A stretch of DNA of 64,000 nucleotides, from contig JAVCBW010000013.1 in the NCBI GenBank assembly GCA_037917675.1, forward strand, positions 25,578 to 89,577. Direction: 5' to 3'. Source of the DNA: Thermoproteota archaeon (lineage in GTDB: Archaea; Korarchaeota; Korarchaeia; B14-G2). Made by a program: the position numbers and the translations under genes. The notes beneath the pieces are model-generated. The model worked only from the letters and a program-made list of their open reading frames with translations. It did not search any database and had not been told where the DNA came from. Positions 19,353 through 26,871 of this stretch are shown piece after piece; position 1 is the first letter of the stretch; every line of letters begins with the position of its first letter.

Positions 19353-20005
19353 CAGCTTCCTGCTATCAGCTTAGCTATCGGCTGGATAGCCCACTTAAAG
19401 TTAGCTTCAATGACAACTACATCTGCTCCATGTCTCAAGTAAAACATGGCTAAAGCTGCTTGCTTCGCCATATCATATTCACTTGCTGTGTCCTTTACGT
19501 GTGCAGCTGGGAAGGATACTCTCAGACCTAGCCCTCTTGCTGCAGCCTCCCTTATAAGAGAGGCAGCTTTTAGAGGGCATTGGTCTTTTGATGCTACAGC
19601 AGGACTTATACCTGCTGCCTGTATCACTTTAACCTGCTCCATAATTTCTTGTAATGTGTTCCCTGCAGCAGTAACATACAGGCTTATGCCACCTGCCTTA
19701 ATGCTAAGCTCCTTAGCTGAGCTAGCAGGTACACCACAGAATACAAGCTTCCCATTCCAGTCCTCAGATTCTCTGATACAGTTCTCTGCAACCTCTATGC
19801 TTTCTGTGAGTACTATTATCATACTAGTGTGGCTTAATCCCTCCCTAAAGTGTTCTATGTACATCTCTCTAGTCTCAGTTAACACTTTGATGGCCAACCC
19901 AAGCATCTCTCTTTTGACACCTGCTAGCTTAGCTCTAATGAGCTTATACCTTGTCTCAAGAGGATCCATAAGATCACATGTTGAGATAGCTATCACTTGC
20001 ATCAC
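19331..20005 (-). CDS. Divergent CdhE (CFeSP large subunit) TIM-barrel-only paralogue
   Basis: Hand alignment to the CdhE in this window gives collinear blocks (see findings); no FeS cysteine motif, no corrinoid-binding domain. Confidence 0.6.
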   Translation of the reverse strand: MMQVIAISTCDLMDPLETRYKLIRAKLAGVKREMLGLAIKVLTETREMYIEHFREGLSHTSMIIVLTESIEVAENCIRESEDWNGKLVFCGVPASSAKELSIKAGGISLYVTAAGNTLQEIMEQVKVIQAAGISPAVASKDQCPLKAASLIREAAARGLGLRVSFPAAHVKDTASEYDMAKQAALAMFYLRHGADVVVIEANFKWAIQPIAKLIAGSWCLGGKP

Positions 20006-20637
20006 TCTCGAGCCTCTGATACTAGTTTAACATAGTCAGCTAGCTTTCTTCCTGTAGCCTTCCCCTCCTTAAGTAGCTTGATGACTGCATGCGCAAGAGG
20101 ATGATAGAAAACCACATCTACTTTATCCTGAAGGAAGTAGCCTCCTATAGCAGCCTCCAGCACAGGCAATATGAATCTGTCTTCTCTATCAGACTTTTCT
20201 GAGTGGAGGCCTCTTAAATCAAGTATCACCCTATCTGCTGTAATACCTATCAATTTCCTGAGATCCTCCATGTCTGTGCTGGCTGAAACCTCAACATAGC
20301 ATATACTCTGCTTCATCTCAGATGATTCCTGCAAAACGACATCTATAGGCAGGCTCTTGGAGACTACGGCCATCGTCTTAAGCTCTTCTCCTATGAAATC
20401 TATTTTGGCTTCTTCTGTGAGCTTTAATACTAGCTTGCTACCCCATCTCTCACAAACTTCACGGAGCTCCTCCAGCTGGCCTCCTGACCAGTGCACTACA
20501 ACAAACTCAGGTTTAAGCTCCTCAAGGCACCTTTTCACCCTATCGCTGACATTGAATCCCAAATATGACTGTATAGAGTTAATAGGCTCGCTTACTACAA
20601 GCGATGGATGGTATACTCCGAAGCCTACCCGCATCAA
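20002..20637 (-). CDS. Divergent CdhD (CFeSP small subunit)-like protein
   Basis: Hand alignment to the CdhD in this window, e.g. PVLEAAIGGYFLQDKVDVVFYHPLA vs PIWETITALTLLIAGVDLFMMMHPAA. Confidence 0.6.
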   Translation of the reverse strand: MMRVGFGVYHPSLVVSEPINSIQSYLGFNVSDRVKRCLEELKPEFVVVHWSGGQLEELREVCERWGSKLVLKLTEEAKIDFIGEELKTMAVVSKSLPIDVVLQESSEMKQSICYVEVSASTDMEDLRKLIGITADRVILDLRGLHSEKSDREDRFILPVLEAAIGGYFLQDKVDVVFYHPLAHAVIKLLKEGKATGRKLADYVKLVSEARE

Positions 20638-20686
20638 GTTAAAACCTCACCATTATTATAAAAGACCAGTAGGCCACAGATATAGT

Positions 20687-21175
20687 ATGCTGATTGGAAT
20701 AATATCTGACTCTCATGACCGCCTAGAGAATATATCGAAAGCTGTCAGTCTGTTAAATGAGCAAGGTGTAGATATTGTTCTGCATGCTGGCGACATAGTG
20801 TCCCCGTTTACAGCACGCGTGTTCAGTCAGCTGAGATGTAGGATACACTTTGTCTGGGGGAATAACGACGGTGACAAACTAACTTTAGCCAAGGTGTTCA
20901 GCGGCATAGCAGCCTTTCATGGGTGGGTGATGCATGAAGAGCTTGGAGGACTGAGCATTTACATGGCACACCATATAACTGATGACTTAGCTGAGAAGCT
21001 GGCTAAAGCAGGCTTTGATCTCATCATATCAGGCCATACCCACAATTTGAGCATCAAAAGGTCAGGCCACAGCATGATCATAAATCCAGGCGAGCTCTGT
21101 GGGTATCTGACTGGTAAGTCTACTATCGTAGTACTGGACTCTTCTACTATGCAAGCTAAGGTAATTGAGCTCTAG
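20687..21175 (+). CDS. Metallophosphoesterase, YfcE/MJ0936 family
   Basis: IISDSHD, LHAGD, GNND, SGHTH, INPGE; ATG 20687 preferred to the track start 20357, which overlaps an opposite-strand gene. Confidence 0.9.
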   Translation: MLIGIISDSHDRLENISKAVSLLNEQGVDIVLHAGDIVSPFTARVFSQLRCRIHFVWGNNDGDKLTLAKVFSGIAAFHGWVMHEELGGLSIYMAHHITDDLAEKLAKAGFDLIISGHTHNLSIKRSGHSMIINPGELCGYLTGKSTIVVLDSSTMQAKVIEL

Positions 21176-21822
21176 CTTACTCCTAAAAGGAGCATCAGAG
21201 CTGAAAGCAGCACACCTGCACCCCCCATTATTAGACCATACTTGACTTTGCTCCCTCTAGACACGTGTCCCAGTAGAATACCTAGCATGATAAGCTCCAA
21301 TATAGCTGCAGGAATCGAAGCGATGTAAGCTTTAGCTATACTGATTTCTCCATGTATCGACATGTAGAATGGGAGAATAGGAGGTATGGAGGCTATCATT
21401 GGTGCAGTGCCATCTATGATCGCTACGACTACAGAGGCATATGTCCCCACTTTATCTACTAGAGAGTTCGATAAGTTTACGCCACCCATAGCCCTCTCTA
21501 ATGCTCTTACCCTCTGCTGCTGCTCTGCCTGCTCAGCTAAGAGGGCTCCAACGAATCCAGATAATCCCATTGCAACACATCCACCAAGCCCAGCGCTCAC
21601 TATTATGCTAGGGTTCTTAACTGATATCGCATATGAACCCAGTATGACTCCAAGTATGGTGAGCACTCCATCAAAGGCATTTATGACAAAATACCTCCTA
21701 GCTACCTCCTTTACCCCAGCTATCTCCAAGCAGCTCTTTATGAAGCGTAAGTCTCTCAATGCCATGTAGCTTAGTACACCATGTACTCTGCTTCCAGCTC
21801 TCTTATTTGCTCGTCTACTCAT
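21172..21822 (-). CDS. VIT1/CCC1-family membrane protein (archaeal type)
   Basis: ARRYFVINAFDGVLTILG, AMGLSGFVGALLAEQAE, several TM helices. Confidence 0.85.
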   Translation of the reverse strand: MSRRANKRAGSRVHGVLSYMALRDLRFIKSCLEIAGVKEVARRYFVINAFDGVLTILGVILGSYAISVKNPSIIVSAGLGGCVAMGLSGFVGALLAEQAEQQQRVRALERAMGGVNLSNSLVDKVGTYASVVVAIIDGTAPMIASIPPILPFYMSIHGEISIAKAYIASIPAAILELIMLGILLGHVSRGSKVKYGLIMGGAGVLLSALMLLLGVS

Positions 21823-21965
21823 CTAATCTCATCTCCTACCTGGAGCTGCCTGTAGACTTCTGCTCTAAGCGATGTCGTTCCCAAGTGCTTCAATGATATA
21901 GAGTATGTTGCCTGCTCCACTACTGCAGCCTGGTTAGCTTTTTTCTTGCTTTTCAAGGTCTCCAT
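21819..21965 (-). CDS. Putative 48-aa small protein (METLKSKKKANQAAVVEQATYSISLKHLGTTSLRAEVYRQLQVGDEIR)
   Basis: GGTGA RBS upstream of ATG 21965; its TGA overlaps the VIT1 ATG (ATGA); below the ORF-track cutoff. Confidence 0.4.
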   Translation of the reverse strand: METLKSKKKANQAAVVEQATYSISLKHLGTTSLRAEVYRQLQVGDEIR

Positions 21966-21980
21966 TAGCCTCTTCACCAA

Positions 21981-22065
21981 AGCCCGGGGTGGGATTTGAA
22001 CCCACAGTAAGCGGGTTTCAGCTCGAAGCTGCAGCCCGCCGCCTTTACCACTCGGCCACCCGGGC
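21981..22065 (-). tRNA. tRNA-Cys(GCA) with a 12-nt intron at 37/38 (intron 22017-22028)
   Basis: Reverse strand GCCCGGG TG GCCG AGTGGTAAA GGC G GCGGG CT GCA G [CTTCGAGCTGAA] A CCCGC TTACT GTGGG TTCAAAT CCCAC CCCGGGC T; U73 discriminator typical of Cys; CCA not encoded. Confidence 0.92.
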
Positions 22066-22131
22066 TACTAGAACTTACATCTGGATCTTAAAATAAGTTT
22101 CGCTTAGAACCTCCTCTTATCCAATATGTTC

Positions 22132-22366
22132 TCACAGATTTCTCTCAGCTATGGTATATAGCTTTACCCTCAGGTCACTCATCTTTCTGAATTCAACTAT
22201 CATTCCAGCTTCAAGCAGCTTTTTCAGAGCATATCTAACTGTCCGAAGTGGAAGTCCTGTTTTCCTTGATAAGTCTCTCTGTGAAAGCAGGCTTCCTCCA
22301 CTTAGAGTGCTTAAGACAGCTTGTGCTGAAGGTGGTATTTTAGGCCTAGCAAATACGCTTCCCCAT
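22132..22366 (-). pseudogene. Small MarR-like winged-HTH regulator with a 1-nt frameshift just after the ATG
   Basis: Frame 22350-22132 reads ARPKIPPSAQAVLSTLSGGSLLSQRDLSRKTGLPLRTVRYALKKLLEAGMIVEFRKMSDLRVKLYTIAERNL; the GGAGG-preceded ATG at 22366 is out of frame by one G. Confidence 0.75.
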
Positions 22367-22393
22367 GTAACCCTCCTTCCAGCTGACTAGGTC

Positions 22394-23647
22394 CTATTTA
22401 AGCCAGTACCTTCCAGCTGAAAGTAGTACATCTATCTCCTCTCCTCTAGCTGCTATCACTTTTTTCCCGCTGGCCACTGCTATAGTTTCCATCTCCATCA
22501 ACTGCGATAGCCTTGCTGTCCTCATTCTGAGCGGCTGGGCGGCAAGTCTCTCGCCTGCCATAAGTTTTACTGGTATGAAGTTCACTCTCCCGAGCGCTAG
22601 GCTGGCATCTTCTGAGAGGAAAGCTTTAGCCACCTTGCGATCAGCTATCTCGCCTTCCATCATGCTTAGCACAGGTATAACAAGCATGTAGAATGTGATT
22701 ATACAGGATACAGGATATCCTGGAAGTCCCAGTACTATGGTTTCTCCCATCTTGCCTACAACTGTTGGCTTGCCAGGCTTTGTCCTGATTCCATGAGCTA
22801 GGACTTTACCTCCTATGTTCTCGATAGCTCCAGGCACAAGATCATGCATTCCCTTCGAGCTTCCCCCGGTTACTAAGACCAGGTTGTTTTCTGTAGTAGC
22901 TTTAGCTAACGCCTTGCTGATCTCATCTTGGCAGTCTCCTATAATCCCATACCACTTGACTTTGTACCCTCTAGATCTGAGTTCAGCTATCAGAAAGGGG
23001 GAATTGACATCATACATCTCTGCTCTATCGAGAGGTGTTCCAGCAGGCTTAAGCTCACTTCCACTAGCAATGACGCCTATAGATGGCCTCTTATATACTG
23101 AAACCTTCTCATAGCCTACTGCAGCAAGTAAAGCTATATCCCAAGGCCTGATCCTGGCTCCCCTCCTGACTATGACCTCCCCCTTCTGGATGTCTCCTCC
23201 AAGCTGTGCTATGTTTTCTCCTGGAGCAACACTCTTGTACACAAGTACATTCTTTCCCTCAGTTTCAGTGTGCTCAAGCGGGACTACAGCTGAACAGCCT
23301 TCTGGTATCATAGCTCCTGTCGCGATCTTTATACATCCTCCTGGCTTCACTTTACATACATCTCTGCCTCCAGCAAGAGCCTCTCCTATTAGCTCAAGTG
23401 CTATGGGTTTGTCTTCTCTGGCTCCATAGGTGTCCTCAGCTCTCACAGCATAGCCATCCATCTCTGAGAAGTTGAATGGCGGATATGGGTATTTAGCAGC
23501 TAGATCTTCTGATGCAACTCTTCCAAGCGCCTCTTCCAGGTGAACTTCCTCTGTACCACAGGGTTTGATGTTCATCTTGAGCATATTAAGCACTTTAGTG
23601 AGTGGAGTTAGCTTGAGAAAGAGCCCCCTTCCCATTGCTATCCCCAT
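22394..23647 (-). CDS. moeA: Molybdopterin molybdo/tungsto-transferase MoeA (copy 2)
   Basis: EALGRV, PPFNFSEMDGYAVRAED, IATGAMIPEG, SGSEL, TGGSSKG, KPGKPT, GLPGYPVS. Confidence 0.93.
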   Translation of the reverse strand: MGIAMGRGLFLKLTPLTKVLNMLKMNIKPCGTEEVHLEEALGRVASEDLAAKYPYPPFNFSEMDGYAVRAEDTYGAREDKPIALELIGEALAGGRDVCKVKPGGCIKIATGAMIPEGCSAVVPLEHTETEGKNVLVYKSVAPGENIAQLGGDIQKGEVIVRRGARIRPWDIALLAAVGYEKVSVYKRPSIGVIASGSELKPAGTPLDRAEMYDVNSPFLIAELRSRGYKVKWYGIIGDCQDEISKALAKATTENNLVLVTGGSSKGMHDLVPGAIENIGGKVLAHGIRTKPGKPTVVGKMGETIVLGLPGYPVSCIITFYMLVIPVLSMMEGEIADRKVAKAFLSEDASLALGRVNFIPVKLMAGERLAAQPLRMRTARLSQLMEMETIAVASGKKVIAARGEEIDVLLSAGRYWLK

Positions 23648-24705
23648 ACCGTAGATAGTAGCTTAACTTTAACAATCTCTCCTTCTGAGAAGCCCTCAAC
23701 ATGCTCCTCTATGATGACATATCCATCTGCCCTAAGGAGGGTAGATGTCAGCCCACTCCCTCCTGCCATCACAGGTTCAGCTACGAGCTCACTGTCTTCC
23801 TCCATAACTTTCACTCTGACATAGGTTCTCCTTCCTTCACGTCCTCTTATCCTCCTCTTCAGCCTGCAGTAGACTACTGGCCTGAACTCACCGCCATATC
23901 CAACCATCTTGAGTATAGCTGGCGCTACTAGGGCCTCAAACGCCGTGAACGCTCCAACCGGAAACCCTGGAAGAGAGAAAACAGGTCTGCCATGAGCTAG
24001 CCCAAAGGATATGGGTCCACCTGGAGAGACTGCTACACCACTAAAGAGAAGCTCCCCTATGGAGGAGATAGCCTCTGGAACAAGGTCTCTCTTCCCAACA
24101 GAGCTTCCACCAATGAGGACTATCAGATCACTTAAACCAGATCCTCTAGCTATCGCTTCCTTTATCTCCTCTAAGCTGTCTTTGACACGAGCTACCAGCT
24201 TGCTATCACATCCTAGCTGAGCGCACATCCACCTTATCATAGGGCTATTCGAATCCCATATCTCTCCTAGCTTCAGCTTCTTTCCAGCTGGAACAACCTC
24301 ATCTCCAACAACTATAACTCCTACTCTAGGCTTCCTATATACTAAGACCCTAGAGACTCCTGAGGATATCATTGCAGCCAAATCTACACTCCTGACTCTA
24401 CTGCCCTTCCTAAGCAGGACCTCCTTTGACTTGATGTCCTCCCCCCTCTTAGAGACGTGCTCTCCAACATAAACTGGCTTAAAGATTTCAACAACCCCAT
24501 TAACTTCCCTTGTGTCCTCACACTTGACAACTGCTGTAGCCCCCTCTGGGAGTACTGCTCCAGTCGCAATGGCTACTGCCTGCCCTCTCTCAACTTTAAG
24601 CCTGCTAGCTGACCCAGCATAGGCTTCTCCTACCACTCTAAGCCTCACAGGCTTGTCTTCTCTGGCTCCATAGGTGTCCTCAGCTCTCACAGCATAGCCA
24701 TCCAT
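23409..24705. repeat. Exact 53-bp direct repeat shared by the two moeA paralogues (23409-23461 and 24653-24705)
   Basis: TTGTCTTCTCTGGCTCCATAGGTGTCCTCAGCTCTCACAGCATAGCCATCCAT occurs in both genes. Confidence 0.9.
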
Positions 24706-24891
24706 TGCAGCTCTGTCGAATGGTGGAGAATCCACGACGCTAGCTACGTCTCTGCACAGAAACCTCCCGACACATCTTAATACATCAACTTCTTCACAAT
24801 CAACTTCCCTTATCTTCTCGAGGACTATGGAAAGAGCCTCATGATATGGGATCCACTCTCTACTCGTCTTCCACATGCTTTTCCCTTGCAT
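23638..24891 (-). CDS. moeA: Molybdopterin molybdo/tungsto-transferase MoeA (copy 1)
   Basis: PPFDRAAMDGYAVRAED, IATGAVLPEGA, DSNSPM, GGSSVGKRD, SLPGFP; real start may be the next in-frame ATG (MWKTS). Confidence 0.93.
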   Translation of the reverse strand: MQGKSMWKTSREWIPYHEALSIVLEKIREVDCEEVDVLRCVGRFLCRDVASVVDSPPFDRAAMDGYAVRAEDTYGAREDKPVRLRVVGEAYAGSASRLKVERGQAVAIATGAVLPEGATAVVKCEDTREVNGVVEIFKPVYVGEHVSKRGEDIKSKEVLLRKGSRVRSVDLAAMISSGVSRVLVYRKPRVGVIVVGDEVVPAGKKLKLGEIWDSNSPMIRWMCAQLGCDSKLVARVKDSLEEIKEAIARGSGLSDLIVLIGGSSVGKRDLVPEAISSIGELLFSGVAVSPGGPISFGLAHGRPVFSLPGFPVGAFTAFEALVAPAILKMVGYGGEFRPVVYCRLKRRIRGREGRRTYVRVKVMEEDSELVAEPVMAGGSGLTSTLLRADGYVIIEEHVEGFSEGEIVKVKLLSTVWG

Positions 24892-25411
24892 GATGCAGTA
24901 TATGTGGTAGCTCGCTTAAGATGAGCTTACTCAGGGCAAGCTTGACTGCATGAGGAGACCCAGGCAAGCAGAAAACAGCTGTTCCATGCAATAGTCCAGC
25001 TCTAGCTCTACTCAAGATAGAAGCTGATCCCACAGTCTGATAGCTCAGCATGTGGAACGCTACTGTGAATCCAGTGAGCTCTTTCTCGAGGAGAGGCTCT
25101 ATAGCTTCAATTGTCACATCAGAAGCTGAAATCCCAGTTCCGCCCGAGAAGACTATGCAGTCTACTCCTCCAGCTAGGCTAAGAAGCATACTACGTATCT
25201 CATGGGTATCATCTGGAACATAGTATATATCTCTCAGCTTAACTCCATGTTCAGAGGTGAGCTTCTTAACAATCTCAGCAGTCTCATCCCTGAACTCAAC
25301 TCCTTCTCTAAATAGCTTAGCCCTGCTAGTACTGACTATAACCAACACCATGCTCATGCTTCTGACGCCAGAAGCAGCTTTTCTCTTGTGCTCCAATGTG
25401 ACTGTGCTCAA
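24860..25411 (-). CDS. moaB: MogA/MoaB-family molybdopterin adenylyltransferase
   Basis: VPDD, SGGTGISASDVTIEA, ILSRARAG, FCLPGSPHAV; TTG 25411 with a GGTGG RBS preferred to the track start 25486. Confidence 0.9.
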   Translation of the reverse strand: MSTVTLEHKRKAASGVRSMSMVLVIVSTSRAKLFREGVEFRDETAEIVKKLTSEHGVKLRDIYYVPDDTHEIRSMLLSLAGGVDCIVFSGGTGISASDVTIEAIEPLLEKELTGFTVAFHMLSYQTVGSASILSRARAGLLHGTAVFCLPGSPHAVKLALSKLILSELPHILHHAREKHVEDE

Positions 25412-25491
25412 ACAACCCCCACCAAGCTGCTCCCATGACTTTATTAGCTTACACCTTCCTAGAGTAGGCTCTGGATAGCGGGGCATGCTCC

Positions 25492-26871
25492 ATGTGGAGC
25501 ATATTAGATTTGCTCAGAAATAACACTGAGAAGCTCAGGGAGTCTCAGAGGAGAAGAGGCCTATCTTCAGCTATAGTAGACGAGGCTTTGAAGTATGATC
25601 TGGCCTGGAGAAGGGCGGTCACAGAGCTAAACAACCTGAGAAAGCTGAGGAATGAAGTTACAAGAGAGATAGCTAGAGCTCCTCCAGCCAAGAGGGGAGA
25701 GCTCATCAAGAAGGCTAGAGAAATCTCAGAGAAGGTGAAAAGGAAGGAAAAAGAGGTTGAATCGCTTGAAGAGAAGAGGATGAAGCTCCTACTAGACATA
25801 CCGAACGTCGTCCATGAAGATGTCCCTATCGGAGAAGGAGAGGAAGACAACAAGCCTATAAGATACTGGGGGATACCTAAGGTATGGGAAGGGCACCTAG
25901 ATCAGTTTCTAGCGCAGACAGAAGGGTTCAAGGTAGATTATGAGGTTATAGGGTGGCTTCCAAGACCACATGCTGACCAGCTCAAGTTCCTAGGTGCCGG
26001 AGACACGGAAAGGGCTGCTAAGGTAGCTGGGTCAAGGTTCTTCTATCTATTCCAGGATCTAGTATGGCTTGAGTATGCTCTGGTGCTCTATGCACTAGAC
26101 TATCTCAGCAGAAAGGGGTTCATTCTGGTTGAGCCTCCATTTATGATGCGTCGAAAAATGTATGAGGGTGTAACTGCAATCCAAGACTTTACTGATGCCA
26201 TATACAAGGTTGAGGGAGAAGACCTCTACCTCATTGCCACATCAGAGCATCCTATTGCAGCGATGCACGCCAACGAGGTTCTCCTGGAAAGCGATCTACC
26301 GGTTCTCTACACTGGCATAAGCCCCTGCTTCAGAAAAGAGGCTGGTGCCCATGGAAAGGACACGAAAGGCATATTCAGGGTCCATCAGTTCCTGAAGGTA
26401 GAGCAATTCGTCTTCTCTCTGCCAGAGGAGTCATGGAGGTGGCATGAAGAGCTCATAAGGAATGCTGAAGACCTGTGGAGGGGGCTTGAGATCCCATATA
26501 GGATAGTAGATGTCTGTACAGGAGACTTAGGTGTTGTTGCAGCCAGGAGGTACGATCTGGAGGCGTGGATGCCTGCTCAGGGGAGATACAGAGAGATGGT
26601 GAGCTGCTCAAACTGCACAGACTGGCAGTCATATAGGCTTAACATAAGATACAGGGAGAAGACAGGTGCTCCAGTAAAAGGCCTCGTACATACCCTGAAC
26701 TCCACAGCAATAGCATGTCATAGAGCGATCACAGCGATACTAGAAAACCACCAGGAGGAGGATGGAACTGTAGTTATACCGAAAGCGCTCAGGAAATACC
26801 TTAAAATTTTTCCTAAAGCTCCTGTGGACTACATAGAGCCAACTAAGGTTGTCCCTGACCCCTCAAGGTGA
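25492..26871 (+). CDS. serS: Seryl-tRNA synthetase (bacterial/eukaryal-type class II, with crenarchaeal-like insertion)
   Basis: N-terminal coiled coil, LIATSEHP, CFRKEAGAHGKDTKGIFRVHQF, EMVSCSNCTDWQS, HTLNSTA. Confidence 0.97.
   Translation: MWSILDLLRNNTEKLRESQRRRGLSSAIVDEALKYDLAWRRAVTELNNLRKLRNEVTREIARAPPAKRGELIKKAREISEKVKRKEKEVESLEEKRMKLLLDIPNVVHEDVPIGEGEEDNKPIRYWGIPKVWEGHLDQFLAQTEGFKVDYEVIGWLPRPHADQLKFLGAGDTERAAKVAGSRFFYLFQDLVWLEYALVLYALDYLSRKGFILVEPPFMMRRKMYEGVTAIQDFTDAIYKVEGEDLYLIATSEHPIAAMHANEVLLESDLPVLYTGISPCFRKEAGAHGKDTKGIFRVHQFLKVEQFVFSLPEESWRWHEELIRNAEDLWRGLEIPYRIVDVCTGDLGVVAARRYDLEAWMPAQGRYREMVSCSNCTDWQSYRLNIRYREKTGAPVKGLVHTLNSTAIACHRAITAILENHQEEDGTVVIPKALRKYLKIFPKAPVDYIEPTKVVPDPSR

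Noticed and set aside
22011-22040. Alternative reading of the tRNA as Phe(GAA) or Ser(TGA) using a different intron position
   Set aside because: It would break the 7-nt loop or U33; U73 and canonical 37/38 placement support Cys
21960-22070. tRNA as an integration site of a mobile element
   Set aside because: No duplicated tRNA 3' end, integrase or compositional shift seen
22151-22390. 79-aa plus-strand ORF in the track
   Set aside because: Antisense shadow of the wHTH regulator on the minus strand
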